Origin: Alistipes sp.
Lineage (GTDB): Bacteria > Bacteroidota > Bacteroidia > Bacteroidales > Rikenellaceae
DNA length: 64,000 nucleotides
Reading direction: 5' to 3'
NCBI GenBank assembly: GCA_045634125.1
Contig: JAZQZQ010000025.1
Span: forward strand, 49,941-113,940
The notes under the pieces are model-generated. The model saw only the letters and a list, made by a program, of their open reading frames with translations. It was not told where the DNA came from and made no database searches. Shown piece by piece: positions 1-8,537 of the stretch. The stretch's first letter is position 1; each line of letters starts with the position of its first letter. Made by a program: the position numbers and the translations under genes.

Positions 1-477
1 ATATGCCACTTTGTAGAGGAGGCTCATATGCGTCGTAGCGCTATCTGTAGCGAGGTGGATAATGAGTTGGAGGCGATGCTTGTGTCGTTGCGCGATATGA
101 TTGCGCGCGCACCTGAGGTGGCACGAGTACGTCGCAACCTTGAGCGTTTCTATCCGAAGGTGAATATGCGTTTGGAGGCAAATGGTATGATGCGTTCAAA
201 GAACGAACTAAGAGAGTGGCTTGCAGCATCCATCGAGCGAGGCTATCTTACCCCTACTGCAAACTGTGATTTGGTGGTCGATGTGTTGCACAACTGCGTG
301 CAGGGTATGTTAGTTGTAGAGTATAGCGACGACACCCGCTCGGCGAATGTGGTGTCGCGCGTGGCTTGTTCGGTTATTATATTTATTCGTGGTTTATGCA
401 CCCCTGCGGGATTGGAGGTTGTAGACCGCTGTTTTAACACATACTTCAGTAATATTTGCCTTAGCGAGACGTTATAA
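1..477 (+). CDS. TetR/AcrR family transcriptional regulator, 5'-truncated
   Basis: Frame is open from base 1 (ICHFVEEAHM...). Helical C-terminal domain ends in FIRGLCTPAG, like Bacteroidetes TetR C-termini. Lies directly upstream of an RND operon. The HTH is outside the window. Confidence 0.7.
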   Translation: MCHFVEEAHMRRSAICSEVDNELEAMLVSLRDMIARAPEVARVRRNLERFYPKVNMRLEANGMMRSKNELREWLAASIERGYLTPTANCDLVVDVLHNCVQGMLVVEYSDDTRSANVVSRVACSVIIFIRGLCTPAGLEVVDRCFNTYFSNICLSETL

Positions 478-512
478 CTATAGCGAAATCAAAACAATAA
501 ACTATATATAGT

Positions 513-1907
513 ATGAAAAAGTATCTTTGTCTAATCTGTATGGGACTTATGTCGCTCGGTGTGGCGATGGCTCAGAGTGTTGGTGGCAATACGTTGACAC
601 TTACGCTTGATGAGGCTATCGACCTTGCTCTTAGCGATAACCCTACAGTCAAGGTTGCAAACCTTGAAGTTGAACGCTACGACTATGTGCGCAAGCAGAC
701 TCTATCGTCGCTCTACCCACAGGTCGATGCGTCGTTGCAGTACTCCTTGGCGTTGCGTCGTCAGGAGATGACCGAGGGCTTCTCGTTTGGTGGTAAAAAC
801 ACCTTCAACACCGCGGCTTCGGTCTCACTACCACTCTTTGCCCCTGCGGTATATGAGCAGCTCAAGCTCAACCGTACGCAGATGGAGAGCGCTGTGGAGA
901 GCGCTCGTGCTACGCGTATTGATATGATTGCATCGGTGCGTTCGGCATACTACAATGTCTTGCTTGCCGAGCAGTCGCTTGCAGTACTCCAGGAGGCAGT
1001 GCTTACTACAGAGCGCGTTGTGGCAAATACTAAGAATTTGTACGACAACGGTTTGGCTTCTGAGTACGATTACCTTACAGCGCAGGTGCAGCTCTCGAAT
1101 CTTCGTCCACAAGTCTTGCAGACTGAGAATGCTATCAGCATCACGAAGCTTCAGTTGAAGATGTATCTCTCGCTTCCTGCGGATGTAGATGTTGAGGTTG
1201 TTGGTACGCTCGATGGTTTCCGCGATAAGGTGCTTCTTTCGGAGGACTACTCGCGCGATATCAGCGACAACACAACCCTTCGCAGTCTCGATATTCAAGC
1301 CGATATGCTTAAGCATCAGGAGCAGCTAATCAAGTCGGCACGTATGCCTATGGTTGCAGCTTTTGGTCAGGTGTCGTATATCGGTCAGGAGCGCGTAGAC
1401 CTTAGCGGTCTTATGGGTGGTATGGCTGGCGGTGGTGCCAGTGGAGGTCAGAGCGATGTTGTAGCGCAGACACGCGCTCAGGCAGCAGCATCGCAGTCTA
1501 AGTTCTGGTGGCAGTGTCCTATCTCTGTAGGTGCGCAGGTAAGCATTCCGCTCTTTGCAGGTTTTAAGACTGTAAATCAGCTTCGTGAGGTGCGCAACCA
1601 GATGTCGCAGCTCGATATCCAGCGCCAATATGCTGAGGAGGGTATCCGCCTACAGGTTGAGCAGGCTATCAACACCCTTATAACTGCCCGCGAGACTATG
1701 CTCTCGAACGAGCGTACTGTGGAGCAGGCTGAGAAGGCGTACGAGATCTCGCTTACACGCTACAACGCTGGTGCAGGTACTATACTTGAGCTTAACTCGT
1801 CGCAGCTATCGCTTACACAGGCGCAGCTAAGCTACTCGCAGTCTATCTACGACTACCTATCGGCATACGCCTCATATGAAAAGACTCTCGGCAACGAAAA
1901 TATGTAA
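513..1907 (+). CDS. TolC family outer membrane efflux protein
   Basis: Signal peptide, two OEP-like halves, Y..G....L(D/E) motifs (YDNGLASEYDY, YNAGAGTILEL); first gene of the RND operon. Confidence 0.93.
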   Translation: MKKYLCLICMGLMSLGVAMAQSVGGNTLTLTLDEAIDLALSDNPTVKVANLEVERYDYVRKQTLSSLYPQVDASLQYSLALRRQEMTEGFSFGGKNTFNTAASVSLPLFAPAVYEQLKLNRTQMESAVESARATRIDMIASVRSAYYNVLLAEQSLAVLQEAVLTTERVVANTKNLYDNGLASEYDYLTAQVQLSNLRPQVLQTENAISITKLQLKMYLSLPADVDVEVVGTLDGFRDKVLLSEDYSRDISDNTTLRSLDIQADMLKHQEQLIKSARMPMVAAFGQVSYIGQERVDLSGLMGGMAGGGASGGQSDVVAQTRAQAAASQSKFWWQCPISVGAQVSIPLFAGFKTVNQLREVRNQMSQLDIQRQYAEEGIRLQVEQAINTLITARETMLSNERTVEQAEKAYEISLTRYNAGAGTILELNSSQLSLTQAQLSYSQSIYDYLSAYASYEKTLGNENM

Positions 1908-1946
1908 TATATAATATAGAATAACATCCCTTTGAAAAAGATAACT

Positions 1947-2963
1947 ATGAAGAAGAGTTTGATGCTTATCGCTTTGGCTGCAACAATGGTTGGTTGTGGC
2001 TCTAATGGCCCAAAGAGCGCAGTTGTTGCTCAGGAGGAGTCAGCAGTGGCTGTGAAGGTATGCACAGCCGAGACATCTAAGATGGAGATAACCGAGACCT
2101 ATACATCTGAGATTTTACCATACAAGCAGAACGACATTACCCCTGCTGCTCAGGGTCTACATATCGACAAGATTTTGGTTGATGTAGGCGACAAAGTTAA
2201 GGCTGGCGATGTTGTGGCAACAATGAATAGAACATCTCTCAAGCAGTTGGAGATCAACCTCGCAACTGTTGAGGATAGTTACAACCGTATGAAGCCAGTA
2301 CACGAGGCTGGTGGTATCTCAGACCAGCAGTTCTTGGAGTTGGAGAATACGCTCAACTTGCAGCGCGAGATGGTGGATAATATGCGTCGCAACTCAGAGA
2401 TTAAGTCTCCAATCTCGGGCGTTATCACAGCGCGCAACTATGAGAATGGCGACCTCTTCACTTCGATGCCTATCCTTCACGTTATGCAGATTAACAAGCT
2501 TAAGGTTATGGCAAATGTGTCGGAGCAGTACTACCCAAATGTCAAGGTTGGCGATAAGGTAGATATCAATGTAGATATCTTCCCAGGCGAGAGCTTCGAG
2601 GGTAAGGTGTCGCGTATTGCTCCAGCGTTGGATGCTGCAACACGCACCTTCAGCGTGGAGATTACCATTCCTAACACCAACGAGCGTCTTCGTCCAGGTA
2701 TGTTTGCGCGTGCTACATTCCATTTGGGCGATATTGAGGGTGTTATGGTTGACGATGTAGCAGTTCAGAAGCAGGCAGGTTCGGCAGAGCGTTTTGTATA
2801 TGTTATCGAGGATGGCGTTGCAAAGTTCCGTTTTGTACGCGATGGTCGCCGTGTAGGTAACAAGGTGAGCATCGTTGAGGGTCTTAATGCCGGCGAGCAG
2901 GTTGCTACAACATCGTTTGTGCGCCTTATGGATGGTAAGGCTGTGGAGATTGTTGCTGAGTAA
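1947..2963 (+). CDS. RND efflux periplasmic adaptor (MFP) lipoprotein
   Basis: Lipobox MVGC, lipoyl-like halves (VDVGDKVKAGD, IKSPISGVI), RTF...LRPGMF. Start moved from TTG 1932 to in-frame ATG 1947. Confidence 0.93.
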   Translation: MKKSLMLIALAATMVGCGSNGPKSAVVAQEESAVAVKVCTAETSKMEITETYTSEILPYKQNDITPAAQGLHIDKILVDVGDKVKAGDVVATMNRTSLKQLEINLATVEDSYNRMKPVHEAGGISDQQFLELENTLNLQREMVDNMRRNSEIKSPISGVITARNYENGDLFTSMPILHVMQINKLKVMANVSEQYYPNVKVGDKVDINVDIFPGESFEGKVSRIAPALDAATRTFSVEITIPNTNERLRPGMFARATFHLGDIEGVMVDDVAVQKQAGSAERFVYVIEDGVAKFRFVRDGRRVGNKVSIVEGLNAGEQVATTSFVRLMDGKAVEIVAE

Positions 2964-2996
2964 GCGTTATTGTATCACTTATAACGAGTTACAACG

Positions 2997-5900
2997 ATGA
3001 AGATATACGAAACAGCGGTACGAAAACCTATTTCTACTGCGCTGATATTTATCGCGGTCATTGTCTTTGGATTGTTCTCTGTGGGCAAGCTCGGCATTGA
3101 CCAGTATCCAGAGATTGAGGTGCCTTATATCTCTGTTATCACGATGTATCCTGGTGGTAATGCCGAGGATATTGAGACCAACATTACCCGTATTCTTGAG
3201 GATCAGCTCAACTCGGTGGATAATCTTGACAAGATTACTTCACAGTCGAAGGATAATGTGTCGATTATCTCGTTGGAGTTTGAGTATGGATGCGACCTTA
3301 CCGAGGCAGCGAACGATGTTCGCGATATTGTGAGCCGTGCGCAGTCTATCCTTCCTGATGAGGTGGAGTATCCTACCGTGATGAAGCTCTCGGCATCTAT
3401 GGCGCCTATTATGATGCTCTCGGTAACGGCAGATGAGAGCTATGCTGGTTTGGCGAAGATGTTGGATGACAAGATGGTCAACGAGCTTAACCGTATCGAA
3501 GGTATTGGCTCGGTGGCCGTTATTGGTGCCCAGCAGCGTGAGGTACAGGTTAACGTTGACCCTAATAAGTTGGAGGCATATGGTCTTACAATCGAGTCGT
3601 TGGGTCAGCTTATTGCAGCGGAGAATATCAATGTTCCTGCGGGTACGCTCGATCTTGGCGATCAGGTGTTCAACCTTAAGTCGGATTTGCAGTTCGAAGA
3701 CTCGCGTGTATTGCGTGATATCGTAGTATCTAACCGTAACGGTCGTACCGTAATGCTCTCGGATGTGGCTACCATCATCGATACCTTGGAGAAGGCTACC
3801 ATGGATGAGCGTATCAATGGTCGTCGTGGTGTGCGTGTTATGGTGCAGAAGCAGACTGGTGCTAACACCGTACAGATTATCGAGGATGTGCAGGCTAAAT
3901 TGGAGGAGATTATCCCTACGCTCCCAAATGATTGTGAGGTAAATACCATCTTTGAGAGTTCAAGCGAGATTAAGGATGCGATTAATTCGCTCTCGGATAC
4001 TATTATGTATGCCTTTATCTTCGTTATCCTTGTGGTGATGTTCTTCCTTGGTCGTTGGCGAGCTACCTTCATCATCTGCTTGACCATCCCTATCTCGTTG
4101 ATATGTGCCTTTATCTACCTCTTTGCTACAGGCTCAACCCTCAACATCATATCTCTCTCGGCGCTCTCTATTGCCATCGGTATGGTTGTGGATGATGCTA
4201 TCGTGGTGTTGGAGAATATCACAACACATATCGAGCGAGGCTCTAAGCCTAAGGAGGCGGCTATCTACGCTACTAACGAGGTGTGGTTGTCAGTAATCGC
4301 TACTACCTTGGTTGTTGTGGCGGTATTTATGCCACTTACTATGATTCCAGGTATGGCAGGTATCCTCTTTAAGGAGCTTGGTTGGATTGTTACTATCGTG
4401 GTCTGCGTATCAACCACTGCGGCTATTACGCTTACCCCTATGATGTCGGCATACTTCCTTAAGATTGACGGTGCGGAGCATACATATAAGGGTATCGGTA
4501 TCATCTACAAGCCTATCGACAAGTTCCTCGGCTGGCTTGATGGTGTCTATGAGCGTGCTTTGCGCTTTGTTGTCAAGTGGCGTAAAAGTGTTATCGCTGT
4601 GTTGATGCTCTTCTTCGTGCTATCGATGACGCTTGTTAGCAAGGTGCCTACGGAGTTCTTCCCACCGGCAGATAATGCTCGTATATCTATGAATGTGAAG
4701 CTCCCTCAGAATGTACATGTGGACTATACTACAAAGGTTGCGCGCCAGATTGATGGTATCATTGCAGAGAAGTTCCCATTCATCAACATTGTCTCTACAT
4801 CGGCAGGTGCTAACTCTTCGGAGAGTGCTTTTGCGGCTATGCAGTCTACAGGTTCGCATATCATCAACTATAATATGCGTATGCCACGCCGTAGCGATAT
4901 CGAGCGTCCTTCGATTTTTGAGATTGCCGATGTTCTCCGTCACGAGCTTGCACAGATACCAGAGATTTCTGACTTCTCGGTATCCCCTGGTGGTGGTAGC
5001 GGTGGCGGTATGGGTGCCAGCACCGTGAATATCAAGGTCTTTGGTCACAATATGGATGATGCTATGGCCACTGCTAATGAGCTACGAAATAAGGTTTCCA
5101 ACCTCAGCACTATGCGTGATGCGCAGCTCTCTCGCGAGGATTTGCAGCCAGAGTATAATGTAATCTTCGACCGCGAGAAGATGGCTATGTATGGCATCAG
5201 CCCAGCTACGGCGGCGCAGTTTATCCGCAACCGTATCTATGGTTATGAGTGTACTAAGTATCGTGAGGATGGTGATGAGTACGATATCGTTGTACGCTAC
5301 GACGAGCCTTTCCGCGAATCTTTGGAGAGTGTTGAGAATATCACCTTGTATAGCTCTACAGGTATGCCTATAAAGCTTAGAGATGTGGCTCGTATTGAGG
5401 AGTCATTCTCATCGCCTACCATCGAGCGCGAGAACCGTCAGCGTATTGTTACGGTTAAGGGTGCTGTAGGTGCAAATGTGGCGTTGGGAGATGCTCTTGC
5501 TGAGGTTAACGCTATGCTTGCCGAGTATGATGCCCCAACAGGTATCAGCTTGGAGCTTGGTGGTACTATCGAGGAGCAGGGCGATGCCTTCTCGGATATC
5601 CTAACCCTCCTCGTGTTGATTATCATCCTTGTATATGTGGTTATGGCGACGCAGTTTGAGTCGCTCACCGACCCATTCATCATTATGTTCACCATCCCAT
5701 TTGCAATGTCGGGCGTATTTATCGCGTTGTGGCTCACCAATACACCACTCTCGCTTATTGCGCTTATCGGTGCCATTATGCTTGTGGGTATCGTAACTAA
5801 GAATGGTATCGTACTTGTGGACTATATGAACTTGCTTGTTGAGCGTGGTGCAACCCTTGCGGATGCCGTTATCGAGGGCGGTAAGAGCCGTCTCCGCCCT

Positions 5901-6155
5901 GTGCTTATGACCTCGCTCACAACTATCCTCGGTATGGTGCCTATGGCATTGGGTATTGGTGAGGGCTCAGAGATATGGCAGCCTATGGGTATCTCGGTTG
6001 TAGGTGGTTTGCTTGTATCGACACTTCTAACCCTCTTTATCGTACCATCGTTGTATGCAATGTTGGAGGGTCGCAAGGAGCGTAAGGAGGCACGCAAGGC
6101 ACAGCTTCAGGCACACGAGGATGAGTTTATCCGTACACATATTAACAATAAGTAA
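2997..6155 (+). CDS. RND efflux permease (AcrB/AcrD/AcrF family)
   Basis: 1052 aa; proton-relay motifs VVDDAIVVLENI, GIVTKNGI and RLRPVLMTSLTT. Confidence 0.96.
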   Translation: MKIYETAVRKPISTALIFIAVIVFGLFSVGKLGIDQYPEIEVPYISVITMYPGGNAEDIETNITRILEDQLNSVDNLDKITSQSKDNVSIISLEFEYGCDLTEAANDVRDIVSRAQSILPDEVEYPTVMKLSASMAPIMMLSVTADESYAGLAKMLDDKMVNELNRIEGIGSVAVIGAQQREVQVNVDPNKLEAYGLTIESLGQLIAAENINVPAGTLDLGDQVFNLKSDLQFEDSRVLRDIVVSNRNGRTVMLSDVATIIDTLEKATMDERINGRRGVRVMVQKQTGANTVQIIEDVQAKLEEIIPTLPNDCEVNTIFESSSEIKDAINSLSDTIMYAFIFVILVVMFFLGRWRATFIICLTIPISLICAFIYLFATGSTLNIISLSALSIAIGMVVDDAIVVLENITTHIERGSKPKEAAIYATNEVWLSVIATTLVVVAVFMPLTMIPGMAGILFKELGWIVTIVVCVSTTAAITLTPMMSAYFLKIDGAEHTYKGIGIIYKPIDKFLGWLDGVYERALRFVVKWRKSVIAVLMLFFVLSMTLVSKVPTEFFPPADNARISMNVKLPQNVHVDYTTKVARQIDGIIAEKFPFINIVSTSAGANSSESAFAAMQSTGSHIINYNMRMPRRSDIERPSIFEIADVLRHELAQIPEISDFSVSPGGGSGGGMGASTVNIKVFGHNMDDAMATANELRNKVSNLSTMRDAQLSREDLQPEYNVIFDREKMAMYGISPATAAQFIRNRIYGYECTKYREDGDEYDIVVRYDEPFRESLESVENITLYSSTGMPIKLRDVARIEESFSSPTIERENRQRIVTVKGAVGANVALGDALAEVNAMLAEYDAPTGISLELGGTIEEQGDAFSDILTLLVLIIILVYVVMATQFESLTDPFIIMFTIPFAMSGVFIALWLTNTPLSLIALIGAIMLVGIVTKNGIVLVDYMNLLVERGATLADAVIEGGKSRLRPVLMTSLTTILGMVPMALGIGEGSEIWQPMGISVVGGLLVSTLLTLFIVPSLYAMLEGRKERKEARKAQLQAHEDEFIRTHINNK

Positions 6156-6164
6156 TAGCATACT

Positions 6165-6458
6165 ATGAAAGCACTATTTATATCATACAATCAGGCGTTG
6201 ACTGATCGTATCAATAAGATGCTTGACCTTCACGGAGTCCGCGGCTTTACACGCTGGGGACTCACCGAGGGTCGCGGTAGCATCGATGGCGAGCCACACT
6301 ATGGCACACACGCCTGGCCAGCAATGAATAGCTCTGTCCTCGCTATTGTCGAGGATGAGAAGATTGCACCACTTCTCGATGCACTTCGTGCAATCGATGA
6401 GACCACTAAGCAGCAGGGGTCGAGAGCTTTTGTGTGGAATATTGAGCAAGCGATGTAG
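6165..6458 (+). CDS. PG0541-family transporter-associated P-II-like protein
   Basis: 97 aa with GRGS..GEPHYGTHAWP motif; last gene of a Bacteroidales RND operon. Confidence 0.8.
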   Translation: MKALFISYNQALTDRINKMLDLHGVRGFTRWGLTEGRGSIDGEPHYGTHAWPAMNSSVLAIVEDEKIAPLLDALRAIDETTKQQGSRAFVWNIEQAM

Positions 6459-6585
6459 TTAGAAACCGTCTAACAAGGCTCTTTTGGCATCTGCCTTATG
6501 CGTAAAATGCTCATTTACGCCAAGTAAACTCCGCTTTTACGCACTGCGAGCAGCTTCAAAATAGCTTTTGTTATACAATTTCTAA
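6459..6585. repeat. Fold-back element family A, copy A1 (127 bp imperfect palindrome)
   Basis: Ends TTAGAAA/TTTCTAA. Core TGCTCATTTAC-gccaa-GTAAACTCCGC is shared with 40592-40857. Confidence 0.85.
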
Positions 6586-6592
6586 AAGAGTA

Positions 6593-6618
6593 TTGGGTGT
6601 CCAAATTTGGACACCCAA
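6593..6618. terminator. Perfect hairpin, likely intrinsic terminator of the RND operon
   Basis: TTGGGTGTCCAAA/TTTGGACACCCAA followed by a T-run. Confidence 0.7.
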
Positions 6619-6743
6619 TCTTTTTAAGGTGAAAAGTGAAAACTGAAAACGGAAAAGTGTGGTGCGCTTTGCGCAGTGTTTTTTAAGACGGCAGAGACAA
6701 AGGGATGACAGCGATATGTTAAAAGGCGATGCCTTTTTGGGGT

Positions 6744-6834
6744 GTGTTAATATGGGTTAATATAGGTTACTATAGGTTAAAATAATAAAATTGCATAGTA
6801 ACCCATAGAAACTCATAAGAACTTATATTAACCC
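6744..6834. repeat. Inverted array of 10-bp phased repeats (4+4 units)
   Basis: gtgttaatat gggttaatat aggttactat aggttaaaat ... atagtaaccc atagaaactc ataagaactt atattaaccc. Confidence 0.75.
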
Positions 6835-6886
6835 ACTGCTTTAGCTGTCGCTCCTTAATAGCGAATAATACTTATTCCACTTAATA

Positions 6887-6925
6887 AAATATAGGGTGTT
6901 AGCACTTTGCTAACACCCTATATTT
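6887..6925 (-). terminator. Hairpin terminator for the convergent membrane-protein gene
   Basis: AAATATAGGGTGTTAGCA / GCTAACACCCTATATTT inverted repeat just past the stop at 6944. Confidence 0.7.
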
Positions 6926-6943
6926 CGTTTGGCTCTCAGACTA

Positions 6944-8500
6944 TTAGCGAGATAGTTGGAAAGGTATCGCCTCATCGAGAGCTTTGACCTCCTCAGGGGT
7001 TAGCTCTGTGAGTGGACGGTTGTAGAGACGTTTAGCGATAGAGTCGCGGTACATCTCGAAACCTGCCTCGACCTCCGAGATTAGGCTCTCGCGGGTCTCT
7101 GATGTCAACTTATCCATAGCGATAAGGTCGGCAGCGTCAATCTTCTCGCCCTCAACAACCTCAATCTTATCATGCTCGGCAAGCAACATAGACTCGATAA
7201 CGCGAGCCAATGAACCCTCCTCCTCTGGAGTGTCGTCAGCCTCGTCAGTAAAGACGCGGTCGCCAAGGCGTACCTGATTCTCGCCAACGATCTCGATAAC
7301 GATAGGAGATGTAGTATAGCGGTCTGCGCCACCCTCAAATGTGGTTGGTGCGCCAAAGGCAAAGGTGTAAAGCACGAACAACCAGTGTGCTGCGATAGCG
7401 GCAACAAGACCACCGATAGTGTGTGCAAGGATAGCCTTAGATGTGAGCTTGCGGTAACCAAGAGCGTCAAGCATAGCTGTATGTGTGCTGAGGTAACCGC
7501 TCCAGCACATACCGATAGCTGTAAATACTGCGATGGCGTTACCATTTACGATGCCCTGAGCAGAGAACTCAGGTACAAGGCTCAATGCAGCACCCACAGC
7601 ACCAAGCGATGTGATAGGGAATGCCATAAGAGCAGGATGCTCGAAGCCAAATAGCCACTCGAAGACGAAATTAATCTTACCGAACAACCATGGCAAGAAC
7701 TCGATACCCTCGTATGCAGCGCCGTCGTAAGTACCGTTGCTACCAGCACCGAACGTTAGCAACATAACAAGAGTAGAGATAATAAGTACGCCTGGGATGA
7801 TAGAGAGACCTACATCAACACCTGTCTTACCACCATCGAGCAATGAGTTGAGGATACGGGTAAACATAGATGTCTCCTTAACCTCCTCTTTCTCCTTCAT
7901 CTCCTCCTCAGTAAGCACTGCTGCGAACTCGTCAGCGAACTCTGGATGCTCCTTGAGGATGAAGCGCTGCATAAGGCGTGTAGAGCAGATACAGCCGATA
8001 AATGCACCCAATAAACCGAGGAATGGCTCAACGAAGTAGCCCTGCGAAATCATAAATACGATAACAAGAAGACCCATACCGAAGGCTGTACCGAAGTTGG
8101 TAAGCGAGATAAACTGGAACTTCTTGAAGTATGAGCTAAAACGCTTATCCTTAGCAAGTGAGATAATAGCTGGATTATCTGAAAGGAATGTCATCACAGC
8201 ACCTAACGATGCTACACCTGGAAGGTTGAAGAGTGGCTTCATCAATGGGCGTAGGATGCGCTCCAAGAGGTTTACAACGCCAAACTCAACGAAGATGCTA
8301 CCAAGCGCACCTGTGATAACGCAGATAGCCATAAGGTAGAAGACGGTGTTAAGCAACAGGTCGTGCGCTGTCTTCATAATAGTATTAAGCATATTTGGCA
8401 CACCCATCACTGAGCCGATACCGCCAAAGATGCCGATAACGATAACAAGGCAGAAGATACCGGCAAGGTACTTCTTAAATCCCTTAGAATTGTTCTCCAT
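6944..8500 (-). CDS. Nucleoside-recognition (Gate)-like membrane protein (CD0519/CD1768-like) with an extra C-terminal soluble domain
   Basis: Many TM helices; motifs FLSDNPAII, LTNFGTAFGMG, GMCWSGYLSTH; about 130-aa acidic tail. Family call is from recall. Confidence 0.6.
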   Translation of the reverse strand: MENNSKGFKKYLAGIFCLVIVIGIFGGIGSVMGVPNMLNTIMKTAHDLLLNTVFYLMAICVITGALGSIFVEFGVVNLLERILRPLMKPLFNLPGVASLGAVMTFLSDNPAIISLAKDKRFSSYFKKFQFISLTNFGTAFGMGLLVIVFMISQGYFVEPFLGLLGAFIGCICSTRLMQRFILKEHPEFADEFAAVLTEEEMKEKEEVKETSMFTRILNSLLDGGKTGVDVGLSIIPGVLIISTLVMLLTFGAGSNGTYDGAAYEGIEFLPWLFGKINFVFEWLFGFEHPALMAFPITSLGAVGAALSLVPEFSAQGIVNGNAIAVFTAIGMCWSGYLSTHTAMLDALGYRKLTSKAILAHTIGGLVAAIAAHWLFVLYTFAFGAPTTFEGGADRYTTSPIVIEIVGENQVRLGDRVFTDEADDTPEEEGSLARVIESMLLAEHDKIEVVEGEKIDAADLIAMDKLTSETRESLISEVEAGFEMYRDSIAKRLYNRPLTELTPEEVKALDEAIPFQLSR

Positions 8501-8537
8501 AGTTTAGATATTTAATTTGCTTAAAATCAATAATATA

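Noticed and set aside
16-30. SD (GAGGAGG) plus ATG 28 as the true gene start
   Set aside because: The frame is open to base 1, GAG GAG encodes Glu-Glu, and the TetR HTH would be missing.
6459-6585. Integron attC sites (all fold-back elements)
   Set aside because: No RYYYAAC/GTTRRRY ends, the flanking genes are housekeeping rather than cassettes, and there is no integrase.
6899-6913. CIRCE operator (TTAGCAC..TGCTAA)
   Set aside because: The half-sites are almost adjacent instead of separated by 9 nt, and the sequence is the stem of a terminator downstream of a gene.
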